This document shows positions 18,743 through 29,106 of a stretch of 32,000 nt of DNA, in pieces (position 1 is the stretch's first letter; every line of letters begins with the position of its first letter). Location: contig ACYB01000046.1 of NCBI GenBank assembly GCA_000175855.1, forward strand, positions 90,001 through 122,000, given 5' to 3'. The position numbers and the translations under genes were made by a program. The DNA is from Raphidiopsis brookii D9 (GTDB taxonomy: Bacteria; Cyanobacteriota; Cyanobacteriia; Cyanobacteriales; Nostocaceae). The notes under the pieces were generated by a model. That model ran no database searches. It had not been told where the DNA came from and saw nothing but the letters and a program-made list of their open reading frames with translations.

Positions 18743-20086
18743 ATATTGGAAACCAGCTTTAATCAACATTTTTGGTTCTAGAAAATTTCTGCCATCAATC
18801 ATTACAGCATGTTTCATCAGTTTCGCCATTTTTCCATAGTCCAAGCTGATAAATTCTTGCCACTCTGTTACTAGCACTAAAGCATCACAACCATCCGCCA
18901 ATCTTTCAATATCAGTTTCTACTAACACTCCGGAAAGACCATGGCGCATACCGGATTGGGAAATGACCGGGTCGTAAGCTTTTACTTTTGCGCCTAAACG
19001 ATTTAATTCTTCTATAAGTTTAAGCGCAGGTGCATCCCGTAAATCATCCGTATCTGGTTTAAAGGTTAGACCCATCAGTCCTATGGTTTTACCTTTGAGA
19101 ATTTTTAATGCCTGTTGCAATTTTTCTATGGCAATTACCCGTTGTCTTTCATTTACACTTACCGCAGCTTTGAGTATTTGGGTATCATAACCATAGTCAT
19201 CAGCAGTGTGAATTAGAGCTGATATGTCCTTAGGAAAACAAGAACCACCCCAACCAATTCCAGCTTGTAAAAATTTGCTGCCAATACGGGAATCTAAACC
19301 TATGCCTTTTGCCACCTGAGTAACATCAGCACCTACGCGATCGCAAATATTTGCTACTTCATTGATAAAGCTAATCTTAGTGGCTAAAAAGGCATTTGCG
19401 GCGTATTTTACCATTTCAGCTGAACTCAAATCCGTGACCAGCACGGGTATGGGTGGTAGGGATTTGTCCACGGCAAATTTTCTCTCTATAATTGGGGCGT
19501 AGAGTTCTTTCATCATGCCAATAGCTTCTGGACTACTCCCCCCCAATACAATTCGGTCTGGGTTAAAAGTATCATAAATTGCCGAACCTTCCCGTAAAAA
19601 CTCTGGATTACTAACCACATCAAACTCAGGGGAATTTACTCCTTCTACCAAGGATGCTTGGCGTTCAGCAAGGCCATCTAGGACAATCATTCGCACCCAA
19701 TCACCAGAACCAATAGGTACGGTAGATTTATTCACAATCACCTTATAACCATCATTTAAACTTGCTCCAATACCACGAGCTACTGCTTCTACATACCTAG
19801 TATCACTTTCACCATTTGGTAAGGGAGGGGTTCCCACTGCAATAAACAGAATTTCCCCGTGGGCCACTCCTGAGGCTAAATCTGCTGAAAAATGAATATT
19901 ACCGCTATTTATAGCAGATTGCATAATTTCCGACAGTCCTGGCTCAAAAATTGGCGATTGTCCAGACTTCATCATTTTAATTTTTTCTTCGTTGTTATCT
20001 ATACAAATAACATCATGTCCAATATGTGCCAGACAAGCTCCTGTTACTAAACCCACATAACCGGTTCCGATTACACAAACGCGCAT
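18725..20086 (-). CDS. ugd: UDP-glucose/GDP-mannose dehydrogenase family (probable UDP-glucose 6-dehydrogenase)
   Basis: 453 aa; 'MRVCVIGTGYVGLVTGACLAHIGHDVICID', 'GIGWGGSCFPKDISALI', 'GLTFKPDTDDLRDAPAL'. Confidence 0.9.
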   Translation of the reverse strand: MRVCVIGTGYVGLVTGACLAHIGHDVICIDNNEEKIKMMKSGQSPIFEPGLSEIMQSAINSGNIHFSADLASGVAHGEILFIAVGTPPLPNGESDTRYVEAVARGIGASLNDGYKVIVNKSTVPIGSGDWVRMIVLDGLAERQASLVEGVNSPEFDVVSNPEFLREGSAIYDTFNPDRIVLGGSSPEAIGMMKELYAPIIERKFAVDKSLPPIPVLVTDLSSAEMVKYAANAFLATKISFINEVANICDRVGADVTQVAKGIGLDSRIGSKFLQAGIGWGGSCFPKDISALIHTADDYGYDTQILKAAVSVNERQRVIAIEKLQQALKILKGKTIGLMGLTFKPDTDDLRDAPALKLIEELNRLGAKVKAYDPVISQSGMRHGLSGVLVETDIERLADGCDALVLVTEWQEFISLDYGKMAKLMKHAVMIDGRNFLEPKMLIKAGFQYLGIGR

Positions 20087-20125
20087 CTTTCAACTCCTAA
20101 TTTTTTCTTAACTTTTTTATTGTTT

Positions 20126-21097
20126 TTAGTCATTAGCATGAATGCGGGAGTGGAAGTCTTCCACGGTCAACTTTAAACCGGTTTGTAGAGAAATTTTCGG
20201 TTCCCAATTCAACCAGGTTTTGGCCTTGGTGATATCGGGACGACGACGACGGGGGTCATCTGCGGGTAGGGGTGTAAATTTAATTTGCACCTCTGGATTA
20301 ATCATATTTTGTATTGTCTGGGCCAGTTCTAAAATTGTGTATTCTTCTGGATTTCCTAGATTGATAGGACCAGTGTAATCACCATTCATTAATTTAATTA
20401 AACCTTCTACCAGGTCTGAAACATAGCAAAAACTCCGAGTTTGTTGACCTTCCCCATATACAGTTAGGGGATTACCCCTCAAAGCTTGAACTACAAAATT
20501 ACTAACCACCCGACCATCGTTTTCTAACATCCTTGGTCCATAGGTGTTAAAGATTCTAGCTACCCGAACATCTACTTTATTTTCTCGGTAATAGTCAAAT
20601 GTCAATGTTTCAGCAACCCTTTTACCTTCGTCATAACAGGAACGAATCCCGATGGGATTTACACTACCATGATAGTCTTCCGTTTGGGGATGGATTTCTG
20701 GATCTCCATAAACTTCGCTAGTAGATGCTAATAAAAATCTAGCCTTGACTCTCTTGGCTAAACCTAACATATTCAAAGTTCCCATCACATTTGTCTTGAC
20801 GGTTTTAATGGGGTTATATTGGTAATGTACTGGGGATGCGGGACAGGCTAAATGATAAACTTGATCTACTTCTAAACGAATTGGTTCGGTAATATCATGA
20901 CGAATAATTTCAAATCTAGGATTATTTAACCATGACAGCACATTTTGTTTACTTCCTGTGTAGAAGTTATCAAGGCATATAACTTCATGATTGCTGCACA
21001 TTAGACGGTCTATAAGATGAGAACCTATAAAACCCGCTCCACCAGTTACTAAAATTCTCATAGTTGTTTGATTATGTTTGATTATTACTTTTCTCAC
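20126..21097 (-). CDS. SDR-family NAD-dependent epimerase/decarboxylase, UDP-glucuronate decarboxylase-like
   Basis: 323 aa; '[20 protein letters not shown]', '[35 protein letters not shown]', '[23 protein letters not shown]', '[24 protein letters not shown]'. Confidence 0.88.
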   Translation of the reverse strand: MRKVIIKHNQTTMRILVTGGAGFIGSHLIDRLMCSNHEVICLDNFYTGSKQNVLSWLNNPRFEIIRHDITEPIRLEVDQVYHLACPASPVHYQYNPIKTVKTNVMGTLNMLGLAKRVKARFLLASTSEVYGDPEIHPQTEDYHGSVNPIGIRSCYDEGKRVAETLTFDYYRENKVDVRVARIFNTYGPRMLENDGRVVSNFVVQALRGNPLTVYGEGQQTRSFCYVSDLVEGLIKLMNGDYTGPINLGNPEEYTILELAQTIQNMINPEVQIKFTPLPADDPRRRRPDITKAKTWLNWEPKISLQTGLKLTVEDFHSRIHAND

Positions 21098-21807
21098 TAG
21101 GGATGGATCTGACCAAGAATAAATCTTAATTGATCATAATCATCCTTTAACAGTAAACTTAGGTAGCGACAGGCCTTTACAAGCCATTCTCTGTCTAATT
21201 TACGTAATTTATAAACTTCACGAATCGCTGATGCAACTAATGATTCTACTGGTGCTCCGGGAACTAATAGTAAGGTTCGCAGAAAGTCCATATTATCTGT
21301 AAATCTAAGCATGGATTCCGGTCTACATCTATACACTGCTTGATGAATTTGAGGTGGACGTGGAGGTAGATAATGGTACATTTGCCTTTGAGTAGATATG
21401 TCGGATGGTGCCTCAAAACCAACAATGGCAGCCCTAAATTCTGTTTTCAACATGGCAAATATTTGGGGTTGTTCCTGACGTAAATTTTTGAGGGACAACC
21501 CCAGGGCCCGCGCCCGGTGCACACTGTCTATGGGAGCAGTGGTAGCATAGTATACTACAGCATATATTTGATTGTCGGATTCTTCATCAAAAGCGGAAAT
21601 CCAGCTACCAAAAGCTGGCATTAAGGGAAATCTTAAATCTTCCGGATCCAAACACTGAGCCAGGAACTCGGTGGAGCTAGTTTCAATTACCTCAGCAATG
21701 TGGTCAGGATGACGATCTTCTGTGGCAAACTGTGGTAAGGGTAAAAACATGTTGGTACTAGGATAAGAAGAGGGGGTGACAATCGTAAGGATAAAATCAC
21801 CACCCAA
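21097..21807 (-). CDS. Conserved cyanobacterial protein of unknown function (236 aa)
   Basis: Long ORF with coding-like composition, abutting the SDR gene and ndhS-like gene on the same strand. Confidence 0.6.
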   Translation of the reverse strand: MGGDFILTIVTPSSYPSTNMFLPLPQFATEDRHPDHIAEVIETSSTEFLAQCLDPEDLRFPLMPAFGSWISAFDEESDNQIYAVVYYATTAPIDSVHRARALGLSLKNLRQEQPQIFAMLKTEFRAAIVGFEAPSDISTQRQMYHYLPPRPPQIHQAVYRCRPESMLRFTDNMDFLRTLLLVPGAPVESLVASAIREVYKLRKLDREWLVKACRYLSLLLKDDYDQLRFILGQIHP

Positions 21808-21816
21808 ACTTTATGG

Positions 21817-22047
21817 TCATTTTCCTTTTTTTGTAGGTATAGTTTCCACTAGTTCCAATTCCGGAAGGCGAAAGGTAATCATTTTATCCCAGTTACCTCC
21901 TTCAAAAAGAACGGCAACTTTACCATCGCTAACCCGTTGTACAAGTCCTTCATAACGATAATAAGTATCTGCAGGATTTTTGACGCGAACAGTAGATCCA
22001 GGTAGAATCATGTTGTTATCCTCAAATTTTGTTGTTAGCTTGATCAT
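21817..22047 (-). CDS. ndhS: NAD(P)H-quinone oxidoreductase subunit NdhS-like (SH3-like) protein
   Basis: '[56 protein letters not shown]'; internal MILPG start (about 22011) may be the true one. Confidence 0.75.
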   Translation of the reverse strand: MIKLTTKFEDNNMILPGSTVRVKNPADTYYRYEGLVQRVSDGKVAVLFEGGNWDKMITFRLPELELVETIPTKKGK

Positions 22048-22090
22048 ATAGTAATCCTATAACTATTGGTTGTTAGGGGGGAAGATCAAT

Positions 22091-23419
22091 TTAGTAGTAT
22101 CTTTGTTGCTGACGGAAAATGGCTACAGATTCCACTATTCCTAGACTGATAAAGTTAGTCAACATTGCTGAACGTCCATAGCTCATCCAGGGTAAGGGTA
22201 TACCCGCCACCGGTGCTAAACCCAGGGTCATACCAACATTGACAATCAGTTGGAATACAATCATTGAGAATACACCAATAGCTATTAAAGACCCAAAATT
22301 ATCTTTGGCAGTTTTGGCTACATGGAGCAACCGGAAGCAAATTAAACAGTACACGGATAAGACTATTAAACAACCAATAAAACCAAATTCTTCCCCAACT
22401 GCAGAAAAGATAAAATCTGTGTGCTGCTCGGGAACAAAGTTTAATTGAGTCATTGGACCTTTAAATAATCCCCATCCTCGCACTTCCCCCGCACCAATAG
22501 CAATGCGAGATTGCACTAGGTGATAACCAGCTCCTAGAGGGTCATGATCAGGGTTCATAAACACGGTCAGGCGATTTTTTTGATATTCTTTTAGCAGGTG
22601 ATTCCAGCCAAAAACCCCCAGTTCACCACCTAACATATTTAGACTAAAACTGGCTATCCCACTAACGTTAAATTTCCGCCAGGGCAAGTTTAACCACCCT
22701 AAAAGTCCCATGGACATCGCCCAGACTATGCCCATGGGACTAAAAGTAAGTTCTTTGAGGAGTATGATGGGTTGAGATAGGGGCCAAGAAATACTAAACA
22801 AAATAGCAGATATTACTGGGGAAACCATCAAGATTAACCAAGCAGGGTTAGCATCTGCCCAGTACAGCATTCCTATCACTATGGAGGCGAATACTAGCGA
22901 GGTAGCTAGGTCTGGTTGTAAAAATACTAGTAACCAGGGAACCCCTGTAAATGCTAAAGCTCGAAAAAAATTGTCTAGACTGGAAGCTGTGCGCTTGTGT
23001 AACAAAGCTGCTAGGGTGATAATAATCCCTATCTTAGCAAATTCTGAAGGTTGTACATTAAACCCTAAAACGCTAATCCATCTTTGAGCTCCCTTAGCAC
23101 TTGTACCGACTATCATCACTAAAATTAGGCTGAAAGTGGTGAGTCCGTAGGTGAACCAGTGCCATTCTATTAGTTTTTCATACCGAAATCGAGATAGACA
23201 TAAGGCTATAATCAACCCAATACCGGTGATCAGCCAATGCCACCACCAATCAGTAACAGGTTGATTGCGTTCTGTACTGAAGATCATTAAGCCGCCAAAT
23301 ACACTAGCTGCCAAAGGTAGACATAATAGTAACCAGTCCATTTCTTGCCAGGGTTTGATCCAAGAATGCCAACCAATTTTCCGACCTGAACGTTTTAATA
23401 ACATTATGATAACAAACAA
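22091..23419 (-). CDS. rodA: Rod shape-determining protein RodA (SEDS family)
   Basis: 442 aa; 'FNVQPSEFAKIGIIITLAALL', 'QPDLATSLVFASIVIGMLYWA', 'QLNFVPEQHTDFIFSAVGEEFGFIG', 'GIPLPWMSYGRSAMLTNFISLGI'. Confidence 0.92.
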   Translation of the reverse strand: MFVIIMLLKRSGRKIGWHSWIKPWQEMDWLLLCLPLAASVFGGLMIFSTERNQPVTDWWWHWLITGIGLIIALCLSRFRYEKLIEWHWFTYGLTTFSLILVMIVGTSAKGAQRWISVLGFNVQPSEFAKIGIIITLAALLHKRTASSLDNFFRALAFTGVPWLLVFLQPDLATSLVFASIVIGMLYWADANPAWLILMVSPVISAILFSISWPLSQPIILLKELTFSPMGIVWAMSMGLLGWLNLPWRKFNVSGIASFSLNMLGGELGVFGWNHLLKEYQKNRLTVFMNPDHDPLGAGYHLVQSRIAIGAGEVRGWGLFKGPMTQLNFVPEQHTDFIFSAVGEEFGFIGCLIVLSVYCLICFRLLHVAKTAKDNFGSLIAIGVFSMIVFQLIVNVGMTLGLAPVAGIPLPWMSYGRSAMLTNFISLGIVESVAIFRQQQRYY

Positions 23420-23435
23420 TAAGTGTTGACACTAA

Positions 23436-24506
23436 TCACGTCAAAGCTGCCACAGAAACTTTAGCAGCGATCCCCTGGGCGATCGCCTTCAGGGACTGAG
23501 CGGAAACTGAATCTGGGTGAGAAATGACCACAGGTATACCATTATCTCCACCAATTCTAATAGACATTTCCAAAGGCACACATCCTAAAAGTGGTACTTG
23601 CAATTCTGCAGCTGTTTTGGAACCACCACCGGAACCAAAGATGTCATATTGTTTATCCTGTTGATCTGGAGGGATAAAATAACTCATGTTTTCCACAATT
23701 CCCAACACAGGGACATTCATCTGTTGGAACATCCGTAAACCCTTGCGGGAGTCCAATAAAGCTACGTTTTGAGGTGTGGTAACAATCACTGCACCTGATA
23801 TAGGTACCGCTTGACTTAGGGTTAATTGGGCATCTCCCGTTCCAGGTGGCATATCCACGATTAAATAGTCAATTTCCCCCCATGCAACCTGATAGAGAAA
23901 CTGACGGATCACACCATTGAGCATGGGACCACGCCAAACAACTGGCTGATCCCGATCTATTAAAAAGCCCATGGATACTAACTTCACCCCATAATTAAAA
24001 GCTGGTTCCAGGATTTCCCCTTTCTCTGAGGAGCGCACAGCAATTTCCGCATTTGCTAAACCCAACATAGTCGGGTCATTAGGACCGTAAATATCAGCAT
24101 CTAATAAACCTACCTTGGAACCTGCTTGTGCCAAAGCTACAGCTACATTGACAGCTATGGTGCTTTTACCAACTCCACCTTTACCACTGGAAACAGCAAT
24201 TATATTCTTTACTCCCTGGATACCAGTCCTGTCAGGTAGAGCTTTCTGTTGGGGTATTTCCGCTGTTACCTCAACTGTTATATCTGTAACACCTGGTAAA
24301 TTACGAATAGCTTTTTTACAATCTTCTACAATAAATTCTCGTAAGGGGCAAGCGGGGGTAGTCAGGACTAAAGTAAAACTAACTTTGCCACCATCAATTT
24401 TTACGTTGCGAATCATATTTAGTTCCACCAGACTTTTGCGAAGTTCTGGGTCTTCTACTGGACGCAACACTTCCAGCACTGACTGGGAATTGAGGAGATT
24501 GGACAT
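23436..24506 (-). CDS. mrp: Mrp/NBP35 family iron-sulfur carrier ATPase
   Basis: 356 aa; N-terminal MIP18-like domain 'LRPVEDPELRKSLVELNMIRNVKIDGG' plus Walker A 'VSSGKGGVGKSTIAVNVAVALAQAG'. Confidence 0.92.
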   Translation of the reverse strand: MSNLLNSQSVLEVLRPVEDPELRKSLVELNMIRNVKIDGGKVSFTLVLTTPACPLREFIVEDCKKAIRNLPGVTDITVEVTAEIPQQKALPDRTGIQGVKNIIAVSSGKGGVGKSTIAVNVAVALAQAGSKVGLLDADIYGPNDPTMLGLANAEIAVRSSEKGEILEPAFNYGVKLVSMGFLIDRDQPVVWRGPMLNGVIRQFLYQVAWGEIDYLIVDMPPGTGDAQLTLSQAVPISGAVIVTTPQNVALLDSRKGLRMFQQMNVPVLGIVENMSYFIPPDQQDKQYDIFGSGGGSKTAAELQVPLLGCVPLEMSIRIGGDNGIPVVISHPDSVSAQSLKAIAQGIAAKVSVAALT

Positions 24507-24590
24507 ATATACCGGCCTTAATCAAATTTAAAAGACTTTAATTTTTACTAGATTTTTACTAATTTAAATCTTAACCATCTCTGGTAATAG

Positions 24591-25073
24591 TTAAACATTA
24601 GATCCCTGGGATATTTCCGCTGCTTCTACTAAACAACGTGCTACCTGATCTATATATGAACCAAATAATGACCAAATTATCGGGGATAACCAGCCACGTA
24701 AGTCCACTGAATAGGATAAATAACTACCACAGAGAGTAGACTCTATTTGATAAGTTACTCTTTCTTCTATACCAGGAATTGCCAGAACACGAACGCTTAG
24801 CAGTTGTTTAGGATTTACCCGCTCTACAAAGATATGAATAGGAATTGGCCAAAATCTTGACACTGCCTGAAATATTAATCCTGGCTTAGGCGCTAAACCT
24901 AGGGGCACATTAGTGCTTTTAAACAAGGGATGCCAGGAAAAATCTGTGAGATCTGACACTTTTAACCACAATTGATCTACGGAAGCGGAGCTGATTTGTC
25001 GATAGGTTCTCATTAGGGAAACACAAACTCGACGATGCTTACGGTGGATGAATTTGGATAACCAATCTTGCAC
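24591..25073 (-). CDS. SRPBCC-superfamily protein
   Basis: 160 aa; 'QISSASVDQLWLKVSDLTDFSWHPLFKSTNVP...GLAPKPGLIFQAVSR...FVERVNPKQLLSVRVLAIPGIEERVTYQIES'. Confidence 0.6.
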   Translation of the reverse strand: MQDWLSKFIHRKHRRVCVSLMRTYRQISSASVDQLWLKVSDLTDFSWHPLFKSTNVPLGLAPKPGLIFQAVSRFWPIPIHIFVERVNPKQLLSVRVLAIPGIEERVTYQIESTLCGSYLSYSVDLRGWLSPIIWSLFGSYIDQVARCLVEAAEISQGSNV

Positions 25074-25319
25074 TCTTATCTCTCCTAGCTACAATTTGTC
25101 TGTTTAATGGCCAGCGGTGCATCTTAGACACATTTTCATTGTAGAACATGAGAAGCATCTGACATGCAAAATCGGCCCTTTCGTCATTCGTCAGCTGGGT
25201 GAACTTAATTTCTTCTGATATAGTTTCTGATATAATTTTTCCAAACGATTTGTCGTTTTGATTGACGTAAAACTTGCAGCTTCTGTAAAAATTGTAATTT
25301 TTAGTAGGTTCGGGAATCT

Positions 25320-26366
25320 ATGTTGACTAACTCGCAAACCCCCACTCTCTCAGCAGAATTATCCAAATTTCTTCCCCCCCCTGACTCTCAAACTAGAGCC
25401 AGTCAGTTCATGAAACAACTACAAGACAAAATTACTACTGAGTTAGAACTATTGGATGGCGGGAGCAAATTTACTGAAGACTCCTGGGAGCGCATAGAAG
25501 GTGGTGGTGGGCGTTCCCGTGTCTTGCGTGAAGGGGCAGTTTTTGAACAAGCTGGTGTTAATTTTTCCCAGGTTTGGGGCGATCAGCTGCCACCATCTAT
25601 TTTAGTTCAGCGCCCAGAAGCTACAGGACATGGCTTCTATGCTACCGGTACTTCCTTGGTTTTACATCCACGTAACCCATATATACCTACTGTTCATTTA
25701 AACTATCGTTACTTTGAAGCAGGTCCAGTATGGTGGTTTGGCGGTGGTGCTGATTTAACTCCTTACTACCCTTTTGCTGAAGATGCTATCCATTTTCATC
25801 AAACTCTTAAAAATGCTTGTGATAAACATCATGGAGATTACTACCCAGTGTTTAAACGCTGGTGCGATGAATATTTCTATCTTAAACATCGGGGTGAAAC
25901 CAGAGGTGTGGGAGGCATATTTTTAGATTATCAGGATGGACAAGGTGATATTTATCGAGGTCCTGATTCCCAGGGGGAAGCTGCTAACTACAATCGAAAT
26001 TTGACACCATTACCCCGTCGTACCTGGGAACAAGTGTTTTCTCTAATCCAAGACTGTGGTCAAGCATTTATCCCAGCTTATGCACCTATTGTCCAACGTC
26101 GGCGAAATATGGAATATGGCGATCGCCAGCGTAGTTTCCAATTGTACCGTAGAGGTAGATATGTAGAATTTAACTTGGTTTATGACCGAGGTACGATTTT
26201 TGGGCTACAAACTAATGGACGCACGGAGTCCATTTTAATGTCCCTACCTCCTTTGGTTCGCTGGGAATATGGCTATCAACCACAACCAAATTCTCCCGAA
26301 TCCGAATTGTATGAAACTTTCCTCAAACCCCAAGACTGGATCAATTGGAAGTTACTTACTCCATAG
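25320..26366 (+). CDS. hemF: Oxygen-dependent coproporphyrinogen III oxidase
   Basis: 348 aa; '[27 protein letters not shown]', '[11 protein letters not shown]', '[35 protein letters not shown]'. Confidence 0.96.
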   Translation: MLTNSQTPTLSAELSKFLPPPDSQTRASQFMKQLQDKITTELELLDGGSKFTEDSWERIEGGGGRSRVLREGAVFEQAGVNFSQVWGDQLPPSILVQRPEATGHGFYATGTSLVLHPRNPYIPTVHLNYRYFEAGPVWWFGGGADLTPYYPFAEDAIHFHQTLKNACDKHHGDYYPVFKRWCDEYFYLKHRGETRGVGGIFLDYQDGQGDIYRGPDSQGEAANYNRNLTPLPRRTWEQVFSLIQDCGQAFIPAYAPIVQRRRNMEYGDRQRSFQLYRRGRYVEFNLVYDRGTIFGLQTNGRTESILMSLPPLVRWEYGYQPQPNSPESELYETFLKPQDWINWKLLTP

Positions 26367-26430
26367 TGTATGTAACCATGGCATGGTTTAGGCTGGTATA
26401 AATAGCAGCTTTTCATTATCCCAGCCTTAA

Positions 26431-26820
26431 GTAATAAAACTAAAAATCTTAAACAAGAATAGTCACAGGTATGCTATACATAGAGGAAAATTATATAATA
26501 AGAAAAACGACGAGACTGTAATTGTTCTATCACTAGCGGGTCGCCTTGACATTACAACTGCTTGGCAACTTAAATTAAGATTGGATGAGTGTACTAATAA
26601 GAGTCGTCGTGTATTTGTCAATCTGGAAGGAGTGAATTTTATTGATAGCTCTGGTTTAACCGCCTTGGTAGCTGGAATGCGTAATGTAGATAAGTTAAAG
26701 GGAACTTTTCGCATCTGTAATATTCATCCAGATGCCAAACTCGTTTTTGAGGTCACCATGATGGATACGGTGTTTGAAATCTGTGAAACACAAGAGGAAG
26801 CTTTTGCTATTCCTTTTTGA
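26431..26820 (+). CDS. STAS-domain protein (anti-sigma factor antagonist-like); listed span is the open frame, start codon not identifiable
   Basis: The open frame upstream of the tracked ORF (26581..26820) reads 'NKKNDETVIVLSLAGRLDITTAWQLKLRLDECTNKSRRVFVNLEGVNFIDSSGLTALVAGMR...', clear STAS core. No ATG/GTG/TTG occurs in frame between the stop at 26428 and 26581. Confidence 0.75.
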   Translation, partial: VIKLKILNKNSHRYAIHRGKLYNKKNDETVIVLSLAGRLDITTAWQLKLRLDECTNKSRRVFVNLEGVNFIDSSGLTALVAGMRNVDKLKGTFRICNIHPDAKLVFEVTMMDTVFEICETQEEAFAIPF

Positions 26821-26898
26821 ATCAACAACTGAATCTAAGGAAGGACGGCTTTTTGTTAGAATAGGAAATAACAATACATTGCCCTTAACATTTTCCTT

Positions 26899-27606
26899 GT
26901 GAATAACTTCCGTACCGTCTCTGATACAAAGCGAACTTTCTATAGCCGTCATACCCGCCCCATCAACACTATTTACCGTCGGGTAGTAGAGGAATTGATG
27001 GTAGAGATGCACTTGCTGTCAGTAAATGTAGATTTTAGCTACAATTCAATCTATGCCTTGGGGGTTGTCACAACGTTTGACCGCTTTATGCAGGGCTACC
27101 AACCGTCCGAGGATCTCGTATCTATTTTTAATGCCATCATTTGTGCTGTGGAGCAGGATCCGCAGGTGTATCGCCAGGATGCAGCTAAACTCAAGGCTAT
27201 AGCTAACTCTTTTTCTGTAAAAGACTTAATTGCTTGGTGCAGTCAAACTACCCCATTGGATCAAGATGCTAATCTACAAGCGGAACTACAAGCTATAGCC
27301 CAAAATCCCAATTTTAAATACAGTCGTTTGTTGGCCATTGGTTTATTCTCCTTATTGGAATTGTCAGATCCTGAATTTGTCAAGGATGAAACTGAGCGCA
27401 ATCAAGCTATTGCAGTCATTGCTCAAGGTTTAAAATTGTCTGAGGATAAACTAAATAAGGATTTAGACTTATATCGTTCTAATCTAGATAAGATGGAACA
27501 GGCACTAATAGTCATGGCGGATATGTTGGCTGCGGATAGAAAAAAGCGTGACCAGCGTCAGCAGAATTCTGGTAACCCTACTCTCCCTCCCACTAACGAA
27601 AATTAG
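26899..27606 (+). CDS. thf1: Photosystem II biogenesis protein Psp29 / Thf1
   Basis: 235 aa; 'NNFRTVSDTKRTFYSRHTRPINTIYRRVVEELMVEMHLLSVNVDFSYNSIYALGVVTTFDRFMQGY'; GTG start. Confidence 0.93.
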   Translation: MNNFRTVSDTKRTFYSRHTRPINTIYRRVVEELMVEMHLLSVNVDFSYNSIYALGVVTTFDRFMQGYQPSEDLVSIFNAIICAVEQDPQVYRQDAAKLKAIANSFSVKDLIAWCSQTTPLDQDANLQAELQAIAQNPNFKYSRLLAIGLFSLLELSDPEFVKDETERNQAIAVIAQGLKLSEDKLNKDLDLYRSNLDKMEQALIVMADMLAADRKKRDQRQQNSGNPTLPPTNEN

Positions 27607-27627
27607 GAGCGTCAAGTGAGAAAACTC

Positions 27628-27671
27628 CCCTGAACTCGTTTGGTTTAATAATCTAATAAAGAGTTTCAGGG
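27628..27671. terminator. Imperfect stem-loop between convergent thf1 and exbD
   Basis: CCCTGAACTC (27628-27637) / GAGTTTCAGGG (27661-27671), one bulged base, between stops at 27606 and 27725. Confidence 0.45.
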
Positions 27672-27724
27672 AAGCATGGGAAAAAATAGGTTTTTAAAAA
27701 TCACGTCAAGATCTCACCAGTTAA

Positions 27725-28303
27725 TTACGGTGCAGGTGTTTGGGGAATAGTAATAGGAGGAGAATTCCCAGTAGTTGGTGGTGTGGGAAGGGCACTTGGT
27801 AGGTTAAACCCAGGATCAGCACCGGGAACTGTGGGTAAGTTTAGTGGTGGTACAATGGGGGTACCAGAAAAGTTTGGTTGAGAAGCTCCGGGGATAATTC
27901 CCAAGGACACTCGATTTCCCCCCACTTGTCTGAGTAAATCTAATGCTTGAACCACATCATTATAGGTAGCTGTGGGAGAAGCATTCAGAACTAAAATACC
28001 CTGGGGATTGCTAGTAATATACTCTTTTAATCGCACTTCCAATTGTTCCCTGGTGACCGGATCCCTTTCAATGTAAGTTTTACCTACAGCATCAATAGTA
28101 ACTAGTAGAATGTTATTTGGCTGGGAACTAGCAGCGGAGGTTGTACCTGTAGTGGCTCTGGGCAAATCAACATTAATTGCCTGCTGTCTGGTAAATTGCA
28201 GCGCTGCTAATAGGAAAAAAGTCAGGATGCAAAAAACAACATCAATCAAAGGAATAATTTGAATCTGAACTTCTTCAATCGGAGTATGCAGGTTAACTTT
28301 CAT
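27725..28303 (-). CDS. exbD: ExbD/TolR family biopolymer transport protein with proline-rich C-terminus
   Basis: 192 aa; '[39 protein letters not shown]' and '[20 protein letters not shown]'. Confidence 0.9.
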   Translation of the reverse strand: MKVNLHTPIEEVQIQIIPLIDVVFCILTFFLLAALQFTRQQAINVDLPRATTGTTSAASSQPNNILLVTIDAVGKTYIERDPVTREQLEVRLKEYITSNPQGILVLNASPTATYNDVVQALDLLRQVGGNRVSLGIIPGASQPNFSGTPIVPPLNLPTVPGADPGFNLPSALPTPPTTGNSPPITIPQTPAP

Positions 28304-29027
28304 TTTCTTGCTCTGATTCTGAACTGGTCACGGGATTTTCAATAGGGTCAGTCAACTCCTCTTCCACTGAAGATTCTGTAATGAAAACAAATTCTCTTTT
28401 CTCAGACCCAGGTGGAGATTGACGATACAACAACTCTAAATCATTACCAGCTTTATTAAACACTTTCACTTGATTAACCGCAAAGGATTGAAATAGACGA
28501 TAAAAGACTAAGGTAAAAATGGCAACTATCAAACCAGAGGCAGTACTAATTAGGGACTCACCAATACCTGTGGTGACACCCGCTGTAGATTCTGTACCCA
28601 AATCACCAATTCTAATTGCTCGTAAGGATTGAATTAAACCTAAAACCGTACCTAACAATCCTAAGAGTGGTGAAAGAGCGATTACAGATTCTAGTAGTTT
28701 TTCTCCCCTTCTCATTCCTGCTATTTCTTCTGCTGCTGTAGACTCCAAGGCTAGTTTAAAGGTTTCAGCATCACTTTTTTGCAATCGCAGTGGTGCGTAT
28801 AGAAAACGACCTATGGGTTGTTCTGTAGCTTTTTGAGCAATTTCTGTGGCTATTTCCCAGCTGTCTGTTGCAGCATCTAGGACTCTTTCTACTACTTGTT
28901 TTTCTTGGCTCAAAATTCGTAGCCAAAACCACAGACGCTCAAATATTACACTTAGAGATAGTACAGACAGTAGCAACAGCGGCCACATAGCTGGACCGCC
29001 TTTCTTAAACAAATCTAAAATATCCAC
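28293..29027 (-). CDS. exbB: ExbB/TolQ/MotA family proton channel protein
   Basis: 244 aa; '[24 protein letters not shown]', '[23 protein letters not shown]...[20 protein letters not shown]'; overlaps exbD by 11 nt. Confidence 0.92.
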   Translation of the reverse strand: MDILDLFKKGGPAMWPLLLLSVLSLSVIFERLWFWLRILSQEKQVVERVLDAATDSWEIATEIAQKATEQPIGRFLYAPLRLQKSDAETFKLALESTAAEEIAGMRRGEKLLESVIALSPLLGLLGTVLGLIQSLRAIRIGDLGTESTAGVTTGIGESLISTASGLIVAIFTLVFYRLFQSFAVNQVKVFNKAGNDLELLYRQSPPGSEKREFVFITESSVEEELTDPIENPVTSSESEQENES

Positions 29028-29106
29028 TTTTCCAGTCTCCTCACTACACTAAATATAGCAATTATGCTAGAACATTTTTCTTAACCACTAAATTCTGGAG
29101 AAAAAT

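Noticed and set aside
26463-27012. Minus-strand ORFs 26463..26714 and 26695..27012 opposite STAS and thf1 genes
   Set aside because: They lie antisense to recognisable coding domains and have no family-like motifs; treated as shadow ORFs.
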